The notes under the pieces: model-generated | What the model saw: only the letters and a program-made list of their open reading frames with translations | Database searches by the model: none | Told to the model about the DNA's origin: nothing | Part shown: piece after piece, positions 17,164 through 27,313 of the stretch | How the letters are laid out: each line of letters starts with the position of its first letter | Position numbering within the stretch: position 1 is the stretch's first letter | Made by a program: the position numbers and the translations under genes | Source: an uncultured Gammaproteobacteria bacterium | Lineage (GTDB): Bacteria; Patescibacteriota; Microgenomatia; Levybacterales; GWA1-39-11 | DNA: 64,000 nt | Reading direction: 5' to 3' | Assembly: GCA_964452165.1 (NCBI GenBank) | Contig: CAYVKP010000001.1 | Span: 426,375 to 490,374 of the forward strand

Positions 17164-17164
17164 C

Positions 17165-17194
17165 TTGCTGCAGATAAGGATTTTCGAGTATAAT
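17165..17194 (+). promoter_or_regulatory. Putative promoter (TTGCTG, 18 nt spacer, TATAAT) upstream of the first GT39-like gene
   Basis: Hexamers were read from the sequence. The ATG is at 17209. Confidence 0.3.
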
Positions 17195-17208
17195 CAATTT
17201 AAAGCAAT

Positions 17209-18765
17209 ATGCTTAAAAATAGATACTTCTCCTTGCTTCTGGGGGCACTTGGAATAGTTGCATTATATTTCTTCTTAAGAATTTTTCACATTCTCAGCTT
17301 GCCTCTTTTTACTGATGAAGCAATTTATATAAGATGGGCACAAATAGCCAAACAAGACGCAGCCTGGCGATTTATTTCGCTGACAGACGGGAAACAGCCC
17401 ATGTTCGTATGGATTGCGATGGTAGCTTTAAAATTTGTCAAAGAGCCTATTTTGGCAGGGCGCTTGGTCTCGGTTTTTGCCGGATTTGCTACAACGATCG
17501 GATTATTTTTCTTGGGGAATGAAGTATTCAAGGAAAAAGATAAGAAGGGAGAATTTAAAATATTTTCGTTCACGAAAGCAACTGTTGCGATAGGACTTCT
17601 CTCAGGTTTTATTTACACAATTTATCCATTCGGCCTAGTTTATGACCGTATGGCTCTCTACGATAGTCTTGCTGCGACTTTTGCGGTTTGGATTTTGTAT
17701 CTTCTTCTTGTGACTGTGCGGACTTTAAGGCTTGACGTCGCTCTCATTACCGGAATCGTTGCCGGTGGAGGGGGTCTGACTAAGTCAAATGATTTCCTGT
17801 CAGTTTATTCCATTCCGTTTTTATTGCTGATTTTTGATTGGAAGAAAAAAGTTGTATCTTCGCGTCTTGCCAGATTTGCTGGGTTGTCTCTGCTCATAGT
17901 AATTTTTACCTACTCAATATATTCAATTCTCAGGCTTTCTCCGTTCTTCCACATAATAGGTGACAAGAACGCTCTTTTTGTCTATCCGGTTCGTGAGTGG
18001 ATAGAACATCCTACCCAATATTTATCAAGTAATCTCTCGGCGCTGGTAAATTGGTTAATAATATACTTTAGTATTCCGGGAATAGTCCTGGTTCTTGCCT
18101 CTTTTTTTGTTAACAAAAAGAACTTTCTTGAAAAATCTGTCCTTGTTTTGTGGTTCTTATTTCCATTTGCAGTGCTTGCGTTTTTTGGCAAATTAATTTA
18201 TCCACGATTTATACTCTTGATGACCCTTCCTTTAATTCCTCTAGTTTCATACAGTATTTATAATTTGCTCGATAATTATAAGAATTTTATTTTTAGAGTA
18301 GCCGTTATAATATTTGCTTTTGCATTTTATGTCTATGCCGACTTTTTCATTATTACCAATTTCTCCGCGGCTCCCATTCCAAGAGCCGATACCGGTCAGT
18401 TCATAAACAACTGGTCTGCGGGAAATGGTGTTAATCAATCCGTTTCGTTTTTCAAAAAACAGGCGGTTAGTCAAAAAATATATATAGCGACAGAAGGAAC
18501 GTTTGGGCTTATGCCATTTGGTCTTGAAATGTATCTTGTTGATAATCCTAATGTTAAAATCCAGGCTTTCTGGCCGATTCAAAATACTCCTCCAGAAGAA
18601 GTGGTAAGTAGCGCAAAAATTATGCCGACGTATGCCATTTTTTATCAGCCTTGTCCTTCGTGTCTTGGTACACAAATTCCAAACGGCTGGAAGGCTCGGG
18701 AAATAGCAAGTTACAAACAAGGGACAAGCGATTATTACTACAGAATTTATCAAATTCTTCCATGA
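17209..18765 (+). CDS. ArnT/PMT-like (GT39/GT83) GT-C membrane glycosyltransferase
   Basis: The N-terminal first-loop 'LPLFTDEAIYIRWAQ' (DE motif), multi-TM topology and C-terminal soluble domain are typical of 4-amino-arabinose/mannosyl transferases. Confidence 0.7.
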   Translation: MLKNRYFSLLLGALGIVALYFFLRIFHILSLPLFTDEAIYIRWAQIAKQDAAWRFISLTDGKQPMFVWIAMVALKFVKEPILAGRLVSVFAGFATTIGLFFLGNEVFKEKDKKGEFKIFSFTKATVAIGLLSGFIYTIYPFGLVYDRMALYDSLAATFAVWILYLLLVTVRTLRLDVALITGIVAGGGGLTKSNDFLSVYSIPFLLLIFDWKKKVVSSRLARFAGLSLLIVIFTYSIYSILRLSPFFHIIGDKNALFVYPVREWIEHPTQYLSSNLSALVNWLIIYFSIPGIVLVLASFFVNKKNFLEKSVLVLWFLFPFAVLAFFGKLIYPRFILLMTLPLIPLVSYSIYNLLDNYKNFIFRVAVIIFAFAFYVYADFFIITNFSAAPIPRADTGQFINNWSAGNGVNQSVSFFKKQAVSQKIYIATEGTFGLMPFGLEMYLVDNPNVKIQAFWPIQNTPPEEVVSSAKIMPTYAIFYQPCPSCLGTQIPNGWKAREIASYKQGTSDYYYRIYQILP

Positions 18766-21161
18766 GAATTCCTCTATTTCCTCTAATCGTTTCGGTTTTA
18801 ATATCTGCTTTCTTTTTCTTTCAGATCTTTTCGGGAAAAATCCCCTTCCCCGGAGATCTACTGGTAGGAAATTACGAGCCCTATAAGTCTTTGTCTTACG
18901 GAGGGTTTGCCCCGGGCGCTGTCCCTAATAAAGCTCAGGGACCTGATGTAATCAAAGAGCTATTGCCGTGGAAAAAATTTACAATCGATAGCTTCAAAAA
19001 AATGGAGCTACCCCTTTGGGATCCTTACAATTTTTCCGGCAATCCAATGATGGCAAATTTTCAAAGTGGAGTTTTCTATCCAGGTAACCTGGTATTCTTT
19101 CTTCTCAGCTTTGAGAACGCATGGACGTTATATATTTTTCTTGCGCCCGTTTTATCCATTCTATTCACTTACCTATTTTTAAGAAGACTAAAGTTGGCCT
19201 TCTGGCCTTCAATTTTTGGTGGAGTCTCTTTTGCGTTCTGCCTTTATATGACGGTTTGGATAGAGTATGGGAATATTGGTCATACTTTTGTTTTTCTCCC
19301 GCTGATCCTTTATTTTGCCGACAAACTAATCGAGAAGACAGATAAAATAAGTTTTCTTGGAATTGTTGTTGCTGGATTTTGCGCGGCTCTCGCAGGCTAC
19401 ATACAGGGTCTTTTTTATATTTACGCAATTGTTTTTGTTTACTTTTTGATAAAAAGCAATTCTCTCAAAAAATTGAATTTCAGAAAAACATTTGTATTTA
19501 TCTCCACCTTAATATTTCCCATAATTCTGTCGGCTTTCCAGATCCTGCCAACACTTGAATTATTTGGTAATTCTACGAGGGGTAATTATACGTTCTCCCA
19601 AATCGAGAAGATGCTTAATCCAATTTATTATTTGATAACAGTTGTGGCTCCTGATTTTTTTGGAAACCCAGCCGCCCGAAATTATTGGTTTAACGGTACA
19701 TATATAGAACGGGCATCGTATTTCGGCTTGATTCCGTTGATTTTTGCAATTCTTGCAATAGTTTCAATCAAAAAAGTAGAAGTGAAAATATTCACGATTC
19801 TTTTTCTTTTTTCTCTTCTAATCTCGACAGACCTTTTTGTTACTAGATTTTTCTATCTGATCCCAATCCCCGTTCTGTCGACTACGGTTGCCACTAGAAT
19901 TCTAAGTATCTTATCTTTTTCCGGGGCAATTCTTGCGGCTTTTGGATTTGATTACGTGTTGGAAAATAAGAACAAGAAAAAGATTTTTATGATTAGTCTT
20001 TCACTGCTTGCAATACTGGGAGGAGCATTTTTGCTTTCGATAATTTATCCTAAGACCACCACCAATATTAGTCTTATTGCGGAGGCGAACATTGCTAAAA
20101 GAAATCTGATCGTTCCGCTTACGACCCTGATTGTATTCATTGGCTCAACTATGATTTTTGTTTCTAGGTTTGAGATATTCAAGAGACATCATAAAAACTT
20201 TTACATTTTCGCTGTTCTTGCCATTACAATTCTTGAGTTGTTTTATTATTTCCAAAAGATTACGCCTTTTGCTCCCAAAAGCTATTTATATCCGCAAGCA
20301 CCCGTCGTTGATTTTATAAAGAATAATGCCGGGATTAATCGTTATTGGGGATACGGTTTTGCATATATCGAAAGTAATTTCCAAACTTTTGACCAAACGT
20401 TTTCAACTGAAGGAAATGATCCTCTCCACATCAAGAACTACACCGAGATTTTGGCCGCTAGTAAAACCGGTAGGCTCCCCGAAATTCTTCCCCGGCCCGA
20501 TGCTAATATTGCTGGGGGGTTTGGTAGTGAGGATCTTTCCGAAAATATTTATCGGCGGAAAATCCTAAATATCACCGGCGTAAAATACGTTTTAAATAAA
20601 GACGAAGGGATAAAGGAAGAAGCAAATCCTGACAATGTTACTTTCCCTCCGGATCGTTATAAATTGGCATGGCAAAATGGTTTCTGGCAAGCATATGAAA
20701 ATTTGGATATGACACCCCGTTTCTTTTTAACAAACGAATATGTTGTTGTCCCGAATAAGAGTAGGGCGCTAGAGACTATTTTTGCTTCGGACTTTGACGA
20801 AAAGAAAAAGCTCATTTTGTATGAAGATCCCAAGGTTTCGGGGGGACAACTTTTGCAAAGCACAAACCTCATTTCCTATTCACAAAATAGAGTAGAGATC
20901 CATTCTAGTTCTTCGGGACCGGCCCTTCTTTACCTTTCAGATAATTACTATCCTGGTTGGCAGGCGAGCATCGATGGAAAAAATAGTAAGATTTATCTTG
21001 CGGATTACAGTTTTAGAGCAGTTGCGGTTCCGGCAGGACCGCATAAAATAGTTTTTTCTTTCCATCCTAAAAAATTTTATTACGGACTTTATATATCAGC
21101 AGTAGCCCTTTTAGGACTTTTGGTCTATTTGTTTAAATTCAATTTCAAAAATGAAAAATAA
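18762..21161 (+). CDS. YfhO-family GT-C membrane protein (800 aa). Start at 'MRIPLFPL', overlapping the upstream stop as ATGA
   Basis: 'LPLWDPYNFSGNPMMANFQSGVFYPGN' and the C-terminal 'YYPGWQASIDGKNSKIYLADYSFRAVAVPAGPHKIVFSFHP' match the YfhO N- and C-terminal signatures. Confidence 0.8.
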   Translation: MRIPLFPLIVSVLISAFFFFQIFSGKIPFPGDLLVGNYEPYKSLSYGGFAPGAVPNKAQGPDVIKELLPWKKFTIDSFKKMELPLWDPYNFSGNPMMANFQSGVFYPGNLVFFLLSFENAWTLYIFLAPVLSILFTYLFLRRLKLAFWPSIFGGVSFAFCLYMTVWIEYGNIGHTFVFLPLILYFADKLIEKTDKISFLGIVVAGFCAALAGYIQGLFYIYAIVFVYFLIKSNSLKKLNFRKTFVFISTLIFPIILSAFQILPTLELFGNSTRGNYTFSQIEKMLNPIYYLITVVAPDFFGNPAARNYWFNGTYIERASYFGLIPLIFAILAIVSIKKVEVKIFTILFLFSLLISTDLFVTRFFYLIPIPVLSTTVATRILSILSFSGAILAAFGFDYVLENKNKKKIFMISLSLLAILGGAFLLSIIYPKTTTNISLIAEANIAKRNLIVPLTTLIVFIGSTMIFVSRFEIFKRHHKNFYIFAVLAITILELFYYFQKITPFAPKSYLYPQAPVVDFIKNNAGINRYWGYGFAYIESNFQTFDQTFSTEGNDPLHIKNYTEILAASKTGRLPEILPRPDANIAGGFGSEDLSENIYRRKILNITGVKYVLNKDEGIKEEANPDNVTFPPDRYKLAWQNGFWQAYENLDMTPRFFLTNEYVVVPNKSRALETIFASDFDEKKKLILYEDPKVSGGQLLQSTNLISYSQNRVEIHSSSSGPALLYLSDNYYPGWQASIDGKNSKIYLADYSFRAVAVPAGPHKIVFSFHPKKFYYGLYISAVALLGLLVYLFKFNFKNEK

Positions 21162-22704
21162 ATACATTTATATTGTCCTCTTAATTTTATTTGTAATTCC
21201 GTCTTTCTGGTTCCTTGCAAAACCGGGTTTTATTACAACGGATGATGGTAATTGGATGATAATCCGCTTCTCAGCTTTTTATCAAGCTTTGCGAGACGGT
21301 CAATTTCCTGTTCGATTTCTAACCAGACTTAATTTTGGATATGGTTATCCGGTTGCAAACTTTTTATATCCCGCATTTATGTATCTTGCCGTTCCTTTTA
21401 AGATTGCCGGTTTGAGTTTTATCAACTGCATAAAAATAATAATAGGACTTAGTATCGTGTCCTCGGGACTATTTATGTTTTTATGGTTGAAACGCTTTTT
21501 TGATGAAGTGAGTTGTTTTTTCGCAAGTCTTTTTTATGTTTACGCCCCGTATCATCTCTACGACCTGTCAAAAAGAGGTTCTGTTGGTGAATTGCTCTCT
21601 CTCGCGGTTTTCCCGTTTGTCTTGTGGCAAGTAGAAAGAGAAGATTTAGTATTATCATCCTTGGGATTGGCACTGCTTATCGTATCTCATAACACCCTGG
21701 CCATTCTGTTCGTTTTAGCAATTATCCTCTATATGATTGGGTCTTTATATTCTCAAAAGAATAAGAAAAAGCTTTTAGACTTTTACAAGAAAACCTTACT
21801 TTTCGGCTTTGGAATTTCTGCTTTTTTCTCCCTGCCCGCGATACTTGAACTGGGCAATACGGTTTTCTCAAAAACTCACATATCCGACTTCAACACGTAT
21901 TTTGCAGACTACAATTTAATAGGAATAACAACGTTTATTATTATTCTTGTTGCGGCGGGGCTTTTAGTAAAAAACAATTTACTTAGAAAACACAAAATGA
22001 CAGTCGTTTTTATAATTGTTGCATTATTTTGTATTTTCCTCGCGTCTTCATTTAGTGCGCCTTTTTGGGAATTTCTTCCCGTGTCGTTTATACAATTTCC
22101 ATTCCGTCTTTTATCACTCGCGCTTATTTGTGTTGCTTTTCTTCTGGCTTTTTCTCTTTCTCAAATCCCAATTAAGTTTAGAATTGGTGCAGGAGTTCTT
22201 CTTGTCATCGCTACAATGTATTTTTCAAAAGATTATTTATTGCCCAAAAATTTTAATCTTCAAGACGATAGTTTTTATTCCACAAACGAAGCAACAACTA
22301 CAGTAATGGACGAATATATGCCAAGGTGGGTTGCAAAAAAACCAAGTAGCCATTTCGAAAATAAGGTTGATGTGGTAAAAGGCGAAGGACAAGTACAAAA
22401 TATCACCTACAATGCTGATAAAATATCATTTGATTATGTATCATCATCTCCCGCGCAAGTCAGAATAAACACAATTTATTATCCCGGGTGGCAAGCATAT
22501 TCCGATAATCAACCCAAAGCCATTTTCTATGATAATGACCAAGGAACCATGGACTTAAAACTGGGGGGCAAAGACCAAAAGATTACTCTTGTTTTTGGTG
22601 AAACTCAAGAAAGATTGCTAGCGGACGCAATTTCAATCATGTCTCTACTCGCATTGTCTACATTGGTATACAAGAATAAAATACTCAATTTGTTTAAGAA
22701 ATGA
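21151..22704 (+). CDS. Short YfhO-related polytopic membrane protein, 'family A' paralog 1 (517 aa)
   Basis: It shares motifs with four paralogs: first-loop 'TDDGNW...FPVRF...NFGYGYPVANFLYP', 'YAPYHLYDLSKRGSVGE', 'FQFPFR', and a C-terminal 'YYPGWQAY.D'. Confidence 0.7.
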   Translation: MKNKYIYIVLLILFVIPSFWFLAKPGFITTDDGNWMIIRFSAFYQALRDGQFPVRFLTRLNFGYGYPVANFLYPAFMYLAVPFKIAGLSFINCIKIIIGLSIVSSGLFMFLWLKRFFDEVSCFFASLFYVYAPYHLYDLSKRGSVGELLSLAVFPFVLWQVEREDLVLSSLGLALLIVSHNTLAILFVLAIILYMIGSLYSQKNKKKLLDFYKKTLLFGFGISAFFSLPAILELGNTVFSKTHISDFNTYFADYNLIGITTFIIILVAAGLLVKNNLLRKHKMTVVFIIVALFCIFLASSFSAPFWEFLPVSFIQFPFRLLSLALICVAFLLAFSLSQIPIKFRIGAGVLLVIATMYFSKDYLLPKNFNLQDDSFYSTNEATTTVMDEYMPRWVAKKPSSHFENKVDVVKGEGQVQNITYNADKISFDYVSSSPAQVRINTIYYPGWQAYSDNQPKAIFYDNDQGTMDLKLGGKDQKITLVFGETQERLLADAISIMSLLALSTLVYKNKILNLFKK

Positions 22705-24233
22705 AAATAAAACAATTCCTAGTAGATAATTGGACATTAATTGTTTATCTTGTCATCTCAATTATTGCAGTCTTGCCGTTCCTGGGAAGCGGTTTTTTCC
22801 AAATTCATGACGATGTCCAAGTGGCACGAGTTTTTGAGATGGCCAAAAGTTTGTCGGCTGGTATGTTTCCTGCCCGGTGGGTTCCCGATCTTGGATACGG
22901 GGCAGGCTATCCCATCTTCAACTTCTATTCTGTCCTACCTTATTATATAGGCGGTTTTTTGACCACCTTAGGTTTGAATGCACTGTTTTCAACGAAAGTG
23001 GTATTTGTTGCAGGGATCATCGGGTCCGGTGTATCCATGTATTTTTTGACAAAATCCTTCTTTGGAAGAGTTCCTGCTCTTGTTTCGGCGATCATTTACT
23101 TATACTTTCCCTACCACGCCGTTAACATCTACGTCAGAGGAGATCTGGCAGAGCTTTTTGCCTATCTCTTCCTTCCATTAGTATTTTTATCTTTCTATAA
23201 AATTCACGAGATTGGAAGGTATACGAAATTCTATATTGCTTTGGGATCGACGTCTATTGCAGCAGTAATCATCTCCCACAATTTATCCTTCCTAATGCTT
23301 TTGCCTTTCATGGTAATTTTTATTTTAGTATCGGTTATTACCGGGAAAGAAAGAAAACAACTATTCGTTTCTTACGCTGCCGTTATTTTTTTGGCGTTTT
23401 TGATTTCCGCATTTTATGCTATCCCCGCTGCCCTTGAAGCCAGATTTACCAACGTAACCTCAGTTTTGGGGGGTGGCTCAGATCCTCGTGATCACTTCAT
23501 TTGTATTTCTCAATTGTGGGATAGTCCATGGGGATTTGGTGGTTCTGCTCCGGGATGCGCTGATGGAATAAGTTTTAAGCTGGGGAAGTCTAATGTGATA
23601 TTTGCATTGCTTGGAATAATCCTCGCTTTGATTAGCACTAAAAGATTGAAAGAAAAAAAGTTCGTGGTCCTATCATCCATAGGATTTCTGGTCTTCTCAA
23701 TTTTTATGCTCCTCCCACTCTCATTACCAATTTGGATTCTGCCCCTTATGGCGTTTCTTCAGTTTCCGTGGAGATTCCTTAATTTTGTGGGGCTTTTCAC
23801 AAGTATTCTAATAGGCTTTGCGGTTTGGGAGATCAGAAGTTTGAGAAATAGAAAATTTCTCATTGTGATATCGGTTTTGATTATCGGGGCAACACTTCTT
23901 CTTAATGCCAAGCTCTTTGCTCCGCAGAGAGTCTTTAGCAGAGCATCTTCCTACTATACAAATACAAATTATCTTAATTGGTCTGCATCAAAAATTTCAG
24001 ATGAGTATATGCCTAAAGGCTTTAAAAGTCCTTCATCTCCGGGTGCGGTTAAGACATCGCTTTCAGGTATACGTCAGGACAGCTTTTATAAAAAAGATTC
24101 TGTTAGTGGCTCATTTAAATTCGAGTCTGGAGAAACCTTACTGGAGAAGGCTTCGAATTTGGTGAGTTTGGTTGGAGTTGTAGCTTTAGTAATTGTTATA
24201 ATAAGTAAACCATATGGCAAAAATACTTCCTGA
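22701..24233 (+). CDS. Short YfhO-related polytopic membrane protein, family A paralog 2 (510 aa)
   Basis: 'HDDVQVARVFEMAKSL..GMFPARWVPDLGYGAGYPIFNFY', 'YFPYHAVNIYVRGDLAE' and 'FLQFPWRF'. It overlaps the upstream gene as ATGA. Confidence 0.7.
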   Translation: MKIKQFLVDNWTLIVYLVISIIAVLPFLGSGFFQIHDDVQVARVFEMAKSLSAGMFPARWVPDLGYGAGYPIFNFYSVLPYYIGGFLTTLGLNALFSTKVVFVAGIIGSGVSMYFLTKSFFGRVPALVSAIIYLYFPYHAVNIYVRGDLAELFAYLFLPLVFLSFYKIHEIGRYTKFYIALGSTSIAAVIISHNLSFLMLLPFMVIFILVSVITGKERKQLFVSYAAVIFLAFLISAFYAIPAALEARFTNVTSVLGGGSDPRDHFICISQLWDSPWGFGGSAPGCADGISFKLGKSNVIFALLGIILALISTKRLKEKKFVVLSSIGFLVFSIFMLLPLSLPIWILPLMAFLQFPWRFLNFVGLFTSILIGFAVWEIRSLRNRKFLIVISVLIIGATLLLNAKLFAPQRVFSRASSYYTNTNYLNWSASKISDEYMPKGFKSPSSPGAVKTSLSGIRQDSFYKKDSVSGSFKFESGETLLEKASNLVSLVGVVALVIVIISKPYGKNTS

Positions 24234-24933
24234 ATTATCCATATTTTTTCCTTTTTGGAACGAGGAAAAAAACATACGAGAAGTAGTTTTAAAAGCTTCT
24301 CAAGTCGCGCACGAAGTAGCTGAGAAATGGGAAATAATAATAGTTAATGATGGCTCTTCTGACAACACGCTTGGCGAGGCAGAAGCTCTTGTTAAATCGG
24401 AAAAAAACATTCGAATTATTTCTCACACGCCTAACAGGGGATACGGAGCTGCAATTAAGGAAGGTCTTGAGAAGTCAAAATACAACTACGTGGTATTTAC
24501 CGATGGGGACGGGCAATTTGATTTTTCCGAGGTGGATAAGTTTGTAGAAAATATTGAAGATGTAGATATGGTCATTGGTTACAGGAAAAAAAGGAGAGAC
24601 CACAATCTAGCAAAAAGACTTATGCTTATGAACTTACTTAAAGCTTGGGATTTTGTCCTCTTTGGGTTTTTGTTTCGCGATATAGACTGCGGTTTTAAAA
24701 TGTTCACACGAAGAGCAATTGATGAAATATCTCCATTACGAAGTGAGGGCGCAATGATAACAACCGAAATTCTTGCAAAGGCTGTAAGGAAGAAACTAAA
24801 AATTAAGCAGGTAGAAGTAAGTCACTACCAAAGAAAATTCGGAAAGCAAACCGGCGCAAATCTCCCCGTTATCGTGCGAGCTATACTCGAGAGTTTGATT
24901 CTTTGGTCCGATATACACAACAAGAGAATATAA
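24214..24933 (+). CDS. GT2 family glycosyltransferase (DPM1-like)
   Basis: 'LSIFFPFWNEEKNI...EIIIVNDGSSDNT...VVFTDGDGQFD' are GT-A DxD motifs. Confidence 0.8.
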   Translation: MAKILPELSIFFPFWNEEKNIREVVLKASQVAHEVAEKWEIIIVNDGSSDNTLGEAEALVKSEKNIRIISHTPNRGYGAAIKEGLEKSKYNYVVFTDGDGQFDFSEVDKFVENIEDVDMVIGYRKKRRDHNLAKRLMLMNLLKAWDFVLFGFLFRDIDCGFKMFTRRAIDEISPLRSEGAMITTEILAKAVRKKLKIKQVEVSHYQRKFGKQTGANLPVIVRAILESLILWSDIHNKRI

Positions 24934-24936
24934 CGA

Positions 24937-26379
24937 ATGGAAAAGTCGAGTTCTTCAATAGTAGAGCAGACGGTTAAAGGGATTATTGCGTTTATCTCTC
25001 GTACGGTCATACTCGATATTCTAACCGTTGGCACATCGATAGTAATATTTAGCATTTTTTCTGCGGCTCAAGTAGGAATATATACTGTTGTAATCGCAAT
25101 TCAAAGAGTAATAAGTTTTTTTACAGACTTTGGTTTTGGTGCAGCACTCGTTCAGAAAAAAGATGATTTAACCCGTGAAGATTTAAGGACGAGCTTTACT
25201 CTCCAGTCTTCTGTAACGGGTGCAATATTTTTGGCTATACTTTTATTGAAATCTCCGATCTCCTCATTGCTCAGATTGAACGGTGACGCATACGGCCTTC
25301 TGCTCGCCTTGGTATTTACGATTTTTCTTTCATCTTTCAAAGTTATTCCGTCAATTCTACTTGAGCGAAAAATCCATTTTCATAAATTAGTTATACCGCA
25401 ACTCGTCGAATCAGTCGTTTTTAATGTCATACTTCTAATTCTTGCCCTAAGACACTTCGGGATTGCAGCCTACACTTGGGCGTTTCTGATATCAAGCATT
25501 GCAAGCGTCCCATTCTATTATATTGTTTCTCCGTGGGAAATTGGTCTCGGCGTACATAAGGCAGCTTTAGTCCATTTAAAGTTCGGCCTTCAATTTCAGG
25601 CAAAAAATGTTTTAGCAACCATCAAGGACGATTTCATGACTGTTGTTTTGAGGTGGTTTTTAAGTTTTTCCCAGATCGGATTTATAGGCTTTGCTCAGAG
25701 CCTCGCCTTTTACCCTTATCGTTATTTTGTTGACAGTGTGACTCGTGTAACATTCTCAACATATGCTCGTTTTCAAAATGATAAAAAAATGCTCACGGCA
25801 TCAGTGGAAAAATCGCTCTTCTTTGTTTCTCTAGTAATGTTTCCGCTATTGACAGGTCTTATAATTGTCGGGCCTTATCTGATCAGATATTTTCCTCATT
25901 GGAATGGTAAATGGGATGCTGCCTATATGTCTCTGGTGTTTTTTTCGCTTAACGCCATGGTGTCCTCGCTTTCGGGGATACTCATCAATGTTTTGGACTC
26001 CAACGGCAAAGTTAAGTGGACCTTACAGCTTATGGTTATTTGGACGATCATGATCTGGGTTGTTACTCCTATTATGATATTGCTCTTCAGTTTCAATGGT
26101 GTTGCTATTGCTTCCTTCCTGGTTACTCTTACGATCCTATACACGGTCAGTCTCGTCCATAAAATTATCGACTTCAAGTTTTGGACGAGTATTTATCAAC
26201 CTATCGTGGCTGCTGTTATAATGGGAATAATTACTTATGTCCTGTGTGTAGTATTGGTCAAGACTTTTGTGGCACTTATTATTGTGAGTCTTGTTTGTGG
26301 AGGAATATATTTTGGGATAATGTACGTATTCAAGGGTAAAGAGGTCATAAGCGATGTAAGAAAGTTAATCAAAAAATGA
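24937..26379 (+). CDS. wzx: Wzx/RfbX-type oligosaccharide flippase (MOP superfamily)
   Basis: It has 12–14 TM segments and an N-terminus 'SRTVILDILTVGTSIVIFSIFSAAQVGIYTVVIAIQ' typical of polysaccharide biosynthesis proteins. Confidence 0.7.
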   Translation: MEKSSSSIVEQTVKGIIAFISRTVILDILTVGTSIVIFSIFSAAQVGIYTVVIAIQRVISFFTDFGFGAALVQKKDDLTREDLRTSFTLQSSVTGAIFLAILLLKSPISSLLRLNGDAYGLLLALVFTIFLSSFKVIPSILLERKIHFHKLVIPQLVESVVFNVILLILALRHFGIAAYTWAFLISSIASVPFYYIVSPWEIGLGVHKAALVHLKFGLQFQAKNVLATIKDDFMTVVLRWFLSFSQIGFIGFAQSLAFYPYRYFVDSVTRVTFSTYARFQNDKKMLTASVEKSLFFVSLVMFPLLTGLIIVGPYLIRYFPHWNGKWDAAYMSLVFFSLNAMVSSLSGILINVLDSNGKVKWTLQLMVIWTIMIWVVTPIMILLFSFNGVAIASFLVTLTILYTVSLVHKIIDFKFWTSIYQPIVAAVIMGIITYVLCVVLVKTFVALIIVSLVCGGIYFGIMYVFKGKEVISDVRKLIKK

Positions 26380-27311
26380 ACAAGATCAGGCTATCAGTCG
26401 TAATATCCGCTTATAATGAAGAGAAGAATCTTGAAGGTTGCTTAAGGTCGGTAGAAAAGTTGGCAGACGAAATAATAGTAGTCGATAACTCTTCCCTCGA
26501 TGATACGGCCAAGATTGCTAAAAAATATACAGATAAGGTCTATCAACAAAAAAACGATCCACGTAAAATTGATGAACAAAAAAATTTTGGATTCTCAAAA
26601 GCTACTGGAGACTGGATTTTCTCTATTGATGCGGATGAGAAAGTTACCTTAGAGCTTGGCTCAGAAATTAAAAAATCACTGGACAAAGACAAGAACGCCG
26701 ATGGATATTGGATCCCCAGAAAAAACATAATATTCGGAAAATGGATTAAGAGTGATATGTGGTGGCCCGACTACCAGCTCAAGCTTTTTAGAAAAGGTGC
26801 TGGAAGTTTTAGAAAGAACGATGTTCATAAGGCCCTTGAGGTTATTGGCGCTACGCAAAAATTGGAGAATCCTCTTCTCCATAATAACTATTCAACAATC
26901 TCTCAATATCTCGTTAAGCTCAATAATTATACGGATATTGAAGCTGAGAATATAACTTCCGGCAACTATACCTTTTCATGGCTAGATGCTGTAAGATTTC
27001 CGGTTGATGACTTTGTAAAGACGTTCTTTTTACAAAAGGGGTATGGGGACGGTTTGCACGGTTTGGTTTTAAGCATGCTGCAAGCATTTTACATGGAAGT
27101 GGTATTTGCAAAAATTTGGGAAAAACATAAGTTTGTAGAAATAGAAAATCAAAACTTTCTCCAGGAAGTTAATAAGGAACTTAAAAAATCTAAAGATAAA
27201 GTAAAGTATTGGTTTACAACTGCTTTGATCCGGAATTCAAACAATCCCATTAAGAAAATTGCACTTCGAGCTATCCGAAAAATAACCACCTCAGACCTTA
27301 AGAAATCGTAA
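26376..27311 (+). CDS. GT2 family glycosyltransferase (WaaE/KdtX-like 'ADEIIVVD' subfamily)
   Basis: 'LSVVISAYNEEKNLEGCLRSVEKLADEIIVVDNSSLDDT...FSIDADE'. Paralogs lie at 35030 and 51454. Confidence 0.8.
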   Translation: MNKIRLSVVISAYNEEKNLEGCLRSVEKLADEIIVVDNSSLDDTAKIAKKYTDKVYQQKNDPRKIDEQKNFGFSKATGDWIFSIDADEKVTLELGSEIKKSLDKDKNADGYWIPRKNIIFGKWIKSDMWWPDYQLKLFRKGAGSFRKNDVHKALEVIGATQKLENPLLHNNYSTISQYLVKLNNYTDIEAENITSGNYTFSWLDAVRFPVDDFVKTFFLQKGYGDGLHGLVLSMLQAFYMEVVFAKIWEKHKFVEIENQNFLQEVNKELKKSKDKVKYWFTTALIRNSNNPIKKIALRAIRKITTSDLKKS

Positions 27312-27313
27312 TA